A DNA stretch of 32,000 nucleotides from Methanocaldococcus jannaschii DSM 2661 (GTDB lineage: Archaea; AGJL01; Methanococci; Methanococcales; Methanocaldococcaceae): the NCBI RefSeq assembly GCF_000091665.1, contig NC_000909.1, positions 1,247,459-1,279,458 of the forward strand, given 5' to 3'. Below the pieces are notes generated by a model. That model was not told the origin of the DNA. It ran no database searches and worked only from the letters and a program-made list of their open reading frames with translations. Made by a program: the position numbers and the translations under genes. Positions 27,121 to 32,000 of this stretch are shown here, one piece after another (the stretch's first letter is position 1; every line of letters begins with the position of its first letter).

Positions 27121-27825
27121 ATGAGAGTCATAGGCGTTATTGGTTATAAAGATTCTGGTAAAACAACCCTAATTGAAGAAATTCTAAAACATTCTGATAA
27201 AAAAATAGCAGTTATCAAGCACACTAAAGAAGATGTAGAAGTAGATAAAAAAGGAACTGATACTTACAGATTGTCAAACGCGGGAGCTAAAATAACAGTT
27301 TTAGCAACTGACAGTAAAACAGTTTTCTTTACAGATAGGATGGATTTAGAAAACATTTTATCAGTATTATCAGATTACAATATAGATTTTGTTATTATAG
27401 AAGGTTTTAAAGAGGCTTTAAAAAGGTTAAACATCCCTAAGATAGTTATGCTTAAGGATAAAGATGGGAGTGATTTGATTGATGACCATACAGCAATGAT
27501 AATTGAAGATTACAACTACAACATTGACGATGTTTTAAAAGTTATTTATGAAAAAGCCGTAGTTCCTACAATGAACTTAAACTGTGGACATTGTGGGTAT
27601 AACTGCAGAACATTTGTTAAGGCAGTTGTTAAAGGAGAAGCAAGATGGGATGATTGTGTATTAGCGAAAGGTATAAAAATAATTGTTGATGGTAAAATAA
27701 TTCCTGCTGTTCCTTTTGTCTCTAAGATTGTTGGTAGCACAATTAAAGCAATGATTGAAACCTTGAAAGGTGTTGATAATCCAAAGACTATCAAGGTTGA
27801 GATTGACGTATCCAAGCTGAAATAA
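27121..27825 (+). CDS. mobB: MobB-like P-loop protein (molybdopterin-guanine dinucleotide biosynthesis adapter) with a Cys-containing C-terminal extension
   Basis: Walker A GYKDSGKTT near the N-terminus and an EGFK motif. The C-terminal ~90 aa contains CGHCGYNC plus a fourth Cys. A GGTGAT RBS is present. Confidence 0.7.
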   Translation: MRVIGVIGYKDSGKTTLIEEILKHSDKKIAVIKHTKEDVEVDKKGTDTYRLSNAGAKITVLATDSKTVFFTDRMDLENILSVLSDYNIDFVIIEGFKEALKRLNIPKIVMLKDKDGSDLIDDHTAMIIEDYNYNIDDVLKVIYEKAVVPTMNLNCGHCGYNCRTFVKAVVKGEARWDDCVLAKGIKIIVDGKIIPAVPFVSKIVGSTIKAMIETLKGVDNPKTIKVEIDVSKLK

Positions 27826-27964
27826 ACAAAACCAAAATATTTAAATACTAGTAATGTATTATAGTAAAGTTGATTGCAATTTAAACATCAATATGGAAAA
27901 ATATATGTCTAAATATATACTTAAACATTTTAATAGAAATAAAAAATAATCACGAGGGATAACA

Positions 27965-28234
27965 ATGGAGAAGTACGAAAAAGCGGCAGAAATTTTCAAG
28001 GCATTTGGAGACCCAACAAGATTGATGATTTTAAAGTTATTGGCTGAAAATGGAAGCATGTGCGTTTGTAAAATAATAGATGAGCTAAAAAAGCCACAGC
28101 CAACAATCTCACACCACTTAAACATCTTAAAAAAGGCTGGAATAGTTAAAGCAAGAAAAGAAGGAACATGGAATTTCTACTACATCGTAGATGACAGAGT
28201 TAAAGAGATTATTAAATTAGTTGATGAATTATAA
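27965..28234 (+). CDS. ArsR/SmtB-family winged-helix transcriptional regulator
   Basis: FKAFGDPTRLMILKLL ... CVCKIIDEL ... QPTISHHLNILKKAGIV is the classic ArsR HTH pattern. Confidence 0.85.
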   Translation: MEKYEKAAEIFKAFGDPTRLMILKLLAENGSMCVCKIIDELKKPQPTISHHLNILKKAGIVKARKEGTWNFYYIVDDRVKEIIKLVDEL

Positions 28235-28306
28235 CCATAGGAGGAGACCTCCTATTGGGATACCTCCCGTCCATTAAGTTGGGGCTTTCAGCCCCAATTA
28301 ATGTCC
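28235..28306. repeat. Structured MITE-like repeat, two-hairpin copy
   Basis: Hairpins at 28237-28255 (ataggagg/aga/cctcctat) and 28279-28297 (ttggggct/ttc/agccccaa). The left module matches 10818-10845 and the right module matches the reverse complement of 1197-1228. Confidence 0.7.
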
Positions 28307-28505
28307 AAGCTCTATAAAGAACAAGAATGTGACTTCTTAGGTAGTCAGAGGAAACTATAAATTTCTCTTTTTTTAACTATTTTATTTAATGTAGCAAACG
28401 CAATTTATAATAAATGCATGCGTAAAATTATAAATGCTATTTTTGTTATCTCTTAAGAGGATTTTTATTTTTAGAAACCATAAATTTAATATTGTTGGTG
28501 ATGTT

Positions 28506-29609
28506 ATGGGAATTGAAGAAGAAATTAGAAGGATAGAAGAAGAATTAAAAAAGACACCATATAACAAAGCCACACAGAAACACATTGGTAGGTTAAAGGC
28601 TAAATTAGCTAAGTTGAGAGAGCAGGCTCAGAGTAGAGGGGGAGGTGGAGGAGGAAAGGGCTATGCTGTAAAGAAAAGTGGAGACGCTACAGCTGCCTTT
28701 GTAGGATTTCCATCTGTTGGGAAATCAACCCTGCTAAATAAATTAACAAATGCTAAATCGGAAGTTGGGGCTTATGCTTTCACTACTTTAACAATTGTTC
28801 CAGGTATATTAGAATATAAGGGAGCTAAAATTCAGCTTTTAGATGCTCCTGGAATTATTGTTGGTGCTTCATCAGGGAAAGGTAGGGGGACAGAGGTTTT
28901 ATCTGCAGTAAGAAGTGCTGATTTGATTTTATTAACAGTTGATATCTACACATTAGACCACCTACCAGTGCTTGAAAAAGAACTCTACAATGTTGGAATT
29001 AGATTAGACCAAACTCCTCCAGATGTTAAAATCAAAGTTAAGGAGAGAGGAGGGATTAACGTTAGTTCAACCGTTCCATTAACCCATATCGATGAAGATA
29101 CAATTGAAGCAATATTAAATGAATATAGGATACACAACGCAGATGTTGTTATAAGGGAGGATATAACCTTAGAGCAGTTTATTGATGTTGTAGCTGGAAA
29201 CAGAGTTTATATCCCTTCTTTGGTGGTAGTTAATAAGATAGACTTAGCTGATGAGGAGTATCTAAAATATATAAAACAAAAGTTAGAGGAATTTGGTAAG
29301 GATTATATCTTAGTTTCTGGTAACAAAGGAATTAACTTGGATTTATTGAAAGAGAAAATCTATGAGAAATTGGGTTTTATAAAGATTTATCTAAAACCAC
29401 AGGGGAAAAAGCCAGACTTTGATGAACCACTAATTATGAGAAGAGGAGCTACTGTAAAAGATGTTTGTGAAAAACTGCATAAAGATTTCGTTAGAAATTT
29501 CAGGTATGCCCAAGTTTGGGGGAAGTCAGCAAAGCATCCAGGGCAGAGAGTTGGATTAGACCATAAATTAGAGGATGGAGACATTTTAACAATTGTCATA
29601 AAGAGATAA
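28506..29609 (+). CDS. DRG-family (Obg-like) GTPase with a C-terminal TGS domain
   Basis: G1 GFPSVGKST, G3 DAPG, G4 NKID and a glycine-rich RGGGGGGKG segment. The ATG at 28506 follows GGTGAT; the track start at 28434 is probably spurious. Confidence 0.88.
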   Translation: MGIEEEIRRIEEELKKTPYNKATQKHIGRLKAKLAKLREQAQSRGGGGGGKGYAVKKSGDATAAFVGFPSVGKSTLLNKLTNAKSEVGAYAFTTLTIVPGILEYKGAKIQLLDAPGIIVGASSGKGRGTEVLSAVRSADLILLTVDIYTLDHLPVLEKELYNVGIRLDQTPPDVKIKVKERGGINVSSTVPLTHIDEDTIEAILNEYRIHNADVVIREDITLEQFIDVVAGNRVYIPSLVVVNKIDLADEEYLKYIKQKLEEFGKDYILVSGNKGINLDLLKEKIYEKLGFIKIYLKPQGKKPDFDEPLIMRRGATVKDVCEKLHKDFVRNFRYAQVWGKSAKHPGQRVGLDHKLEDGDILTIVIKR

Positions 29610-29617
29610 TGCATTAA

Positions 29618-30355
29618 ATGGTGGTAAAATTGGTTAATAACGAACTTAAAATTTTATCGGGAAAATTAAGAGATATATTTAGGGAAATTTATAATAAAAT
29701 AAAAAATGATGAGAATATTAACGATAGAAATTTGGACGATAAGGTTTTAAGTTTATTAAAAGACTATACAATCTCTGAAGAAAACTTAAAAATTAAATTT
29801 TCTGAACCAAAGGATGAAATATATTCCTATGAAGGTAGAAGGACACCTTATGATTTATTATGCTATGGAATAATAAATGGAAAGAATTTTTTAATATTCA
29901 TAAACAATAAATTTGGTGATTTAAAAAGTAATACAAGAAACGATGTAACAACATACAATAACCTCTTACGTTTATATTTGGGCATAAAACGGCAGAGATT
30001 AACGTCAGAAATAACCATAAATGGAGAATTGGTCTATAATAGAATTTCAGGTAATGAAATTGTATCTTATGGAATTTTTGTTGTTGATAAGTATAGAAGA
30101 GGATACAAATTTTTCTTATTAGAAGAGATTAAGGACGATTTTTATGTTAATCCAAGAAATAACATGTTTCAGATAAGGTATAGCCCAAATCTTGGTGACC
30201 CAATAGATTACTTTGCTTTTGTTAAAAAACTTATAGATGCAATTTTAGAATCTTTAGAAAAGTCATTAAATTCAATAAAAACAGAAATTCTTGTCTTGAA
30301 CTCAATAAAAATCCAACTGATTAATATTAAAGAGGGCAAACATGGAGAAGATTAG
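29618..30355 (+). CDS. Hypothetical protein, candidate type II restriction endonuclease partner of the downstream methyltransferase
   Basis: No family recognised by eye. The call rests on a 14-nt overlap with the methyltransferase start. A possible degenerate PD-(D/E)XK-like pattern is PYD...FINNK. Confidence 0.4.
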   Translation: MVVKLVNNELKILSGKLRDIFREIYNKIKNDENINDRNLDDKVLSLLKDYTISEENLKIKFSEPKDEIYSYEGRRTPYDLLCYGIINGKNFLIFINNKFGDLKSNTRNDVTTYNNLLRLYLGIKRQRLTSEITINGELVYNRISGNEIVSYGIFVVDKYRRGYKFFLLEEIKDDFYVNPRNNMFQIRYSPNLGDPIDYFAFVKKLIDAILESLEKSLNSIKTEILVLNSIKIQLINIKEGKHGED

Positions 30356-31914
30356 CTTTGTTGAAACTCCAAAAGAAATAGCTGAATTAATGATAAATCT
30401 TTCTACAATCCCAAAAAATGGATTAGTGTTAGACACTGGATGCGGAAAAGGAATATTTTTAGAGGTATTAAGAGAATTTGGATACAAAAATTGTGTGGGT
30501 ATTGAAATAGATAAAGATTTATACAACCACTGCAAGGCAAAATTTGATGAATTTGAGATAATTTTAGGAGATTATTTAAGCTATAACTTTAAAGAAAAAT
30601 TTGATTTAATTATTGGAAATCCTCCCTATGCCCATTTCAACAGTCTTCCAGAATTTATAAAAAAAGAAGTAAAACGGATTATAGGCACAAGTGAGGGGGA
30701 CATTTATTATGCTTTCATTATAAAATCAATAAATCTTTTAAAAGATGGTGGAGAGTTGATTTATATTGTTCCATATCACTTTTTTTATAACACATATGCA
30801 AAAATTGTAAGAGACAACATTCTAAAACATGGAAAATTGGAAATAATTATTGATTTGGATGAAGTTAGGCTATTTAAAAATGAAAATCCTGAAACAATAA
30901 TATTTAAGTTTAAAAAAGGAGAATTTAACCACAAATCTGAAAAAATTGATGTTATTAGAATTATCTCAAAAAAAGTTAAATTAAAAGAGATAAAAGAAAA
31001 AGCTATTAATGTGTTAAATGCAAAAAAATCAAACGATATTTTTGAATACATGGAAATTCCTCATTACACTACACCAGAAACCTTGGTCTACCTTTTTTAC
31101 AAAAATCCCAGATTTTCCTCATGTGTTATTAAAGGATATAGCAAAAGTTGGAGTGGGCTTAGTTTCTGGATTTGATGAGGCATTTTTATTAAATGAAGAT
31201 GACATCTCAAAGCTAAATGAAGATGAAAAACAACTTATAAAAAATTTTGTTAAGGCAAAAAACTGTAAAAGGTTTGTAGTTGAGGGATTTGTTCAATATA
31301 TATTAATTGAAGACAACCTAAAAGATGAAGAAATATTTAAAACCAAATATCCAAACATATATAAAAAATTGTTGAAGTTTAAAGACAGAATGGAGAATAG
31401 ATACCTTCCAAAAAACAAAAAATGGTTTAATTGGCAGGCATTGAGAAACTATAAATTTTTAATAAAAAATCTAAATAAAAAACGAATATATGTTCCAACT
31501 TTAGACAGAAAACCATATAATAGGTTTAGTTTAGGAGATGATGAACTATTACCTTCAGGAGACGTTATATTTATCCAACCCTACAACGATGATGACATAT
31601 ACTTTTTGTTAGGATATTTGAACAGCTCATTTTTTAGAAATTATTATCTTGCAAATGGTGGAAGAAGAGGAGGGAGAGTGGCATTTACACAAAAGTTGTT
31701 AGAGAATGCAAAAATTCCCACGTTCTCAGATGAAGTTAAGGAGAAAATAAAAAATATAGTCAAGGATATTATCTACAACTTAAAAAATGGGAAAGATATT
31801 GAAAACTTAGAAAGACAAATTGATTATATTATAGTTTCAGCAATAAATAACAATCAATTTAAAGGTTATCAAACAACACTAAAAAACTTATTAAAACCAA
31901 AACTTAAAGGATGA
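30342..31914 (+). pseudogene. N6-adenine DNA methyltransferase (gamma-type motif order, TaqI/Eco57I-like C-terminal TRD) interrupted by a +1 frameshift near 31078-31098
   Basis: Motif I LDTGCGKGIF and motif IV NPPYAHF lie in frame 30342-31175. The TRD-like part (DIAKVGVGLVSGFDEAFLL ... GGRRGGRVAFTQKLLENAKIP) lies in frame 31018-31914. Deleting one A at 31078-31080 gives the continuous sequence ...HYTTPEPWSTFFTKIPDF... Confidence 0.75.
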
Positions 31915-31918
31915 AAGT

Positions 31919-32000
31919 ATGGAGATTGAAGGGTATGAAAAGATTATAGAGGCAGGGAAAATAGCATCTAAAGTCAGAGAGGAGGCCGTAAAATTAATAA
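31919..32000 (+). CDS. map: Methionine aminopeptidase (archaeal type 2), 3'-truncated by the window edge
   Basis: The N-terminus MEIEGYEKIIEAGKIASKVREEAVKLI resembles archaeal MetAP N-termini. Only 27 codons are visible. Confidence 0.55.
   Translation, partial: MEIEGYEKIIEAGKIASKVREEAVKLI

Noticed and set aside
27880-27960. Candidate ArsR operator palindromes (ttgat-N12-atcaa; tatatgtctaaatatata) upstream of the regulator gene
   Set aside because: They are short and imperfect. In sequence this AT-rich such palindromes are expected by chance, so I cannot support them as binding sites.
27859-28125. 88-aa minus-strand ORF, and 27546-27815 on the minus strand
   Set aside because: They are antisense to the ArsR-family and MobB genes, both of which have strong family motifs.
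28325-28365. Possible C/D-box sRNA (aatgtgac...tcagagg)
   Set aside because: The C box is not RUGAUGA and there is no proper CUGA D box or C'/D' pair at the right spacing.
28382-28585. 67-aa minus-strand ORF, and the 24-codon N-terminal extension of the GTPase ORF (28434-28505)
   Set aside because: The GTPase most plausibly starts at the ATG at 28506, behind GGTGAT. The extension is hydrophobic junk and the antisense ORF has no support.
31018-31080. N-terminal MQKNQTIFLNTWKFLITLHQK of the second methyltransferase ORF as a genuine start
   Set aside because: The sequence looks non-native, whereas the other frame reads plausibly through this stretch. This part is out-of-frame overlap upstream of the frameshift, not a true initiation region.
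1-32000. Search for cas genes, tRNA or rRNA genes, transposases or integrases
   Set aside because: I recognised none. Every long ORF is accounted for by other families, and the intergenic regions are too short or lack tRNA-like GC-rich stems.

Overview
This is an AT-rich archaeal chromosomal segment. The gene content, the GGTGA/GGAGG ribosome-binding sites and the protein sequences match my memory of Methanocaldococcus jannaschii around loci MJ1300-MJ1329; I could not search to confirm this. The window holds about 31 tightly packed protein genes.

Housekeeping and metabolic genes, in order:
- bioA (5' end cut by the window edge)
- an archaeal AAA-type ATPase
- two ferredoxin genes (2 and 14 [4Fe-4S] motifs) and five Mrp/Mbh/Ehb-type membrane-subunit genes, with a HEPN-MNT pair between the two groups
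- a TIM-barrel protein, a radical-SAM protein, an aconitase-X family protein and cbiB
- a Clp1-like kinase with an MJ1316-domain protein
- an MFS transporter, a secreted Lon-domain protease and an SNF/NSS transporter followed by an unlisted 41-codon small subunit
- mobB, an ArsR-family regulator, a DRG GTPase and the start of a methionine aminopeptidase

Most notable region (19.1-31.9 kb):
- A CRISPR array of 10 repeats with no cas genes nearby.
- The array converges on a co-directional mre11-rad50-Argonaute-PIN block whose junctions are a 4-nt overlap, 18 nt and 20 nt.
- The Argonaute has an intact D504/E541/D570/D688 tetrad.
- About 6.7 kb downstream of mre11's start lies a restriction-modification cassette whose N6-adenine methyltransferase is split by a +1 frameshift.

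Second theme: a family of hairpin-rich MITE-like repeats.
- One copy is inserted in frame inside the ATPase gene.
- One copy has a perfect 21-bp flank duplication and separated two genes that formerly overlapped.
- One nested copy is flanked by a diverged 62-nt duplicate of the bioA 3' end.

All homology calls come from motif recognition by eye. No database search was possible.
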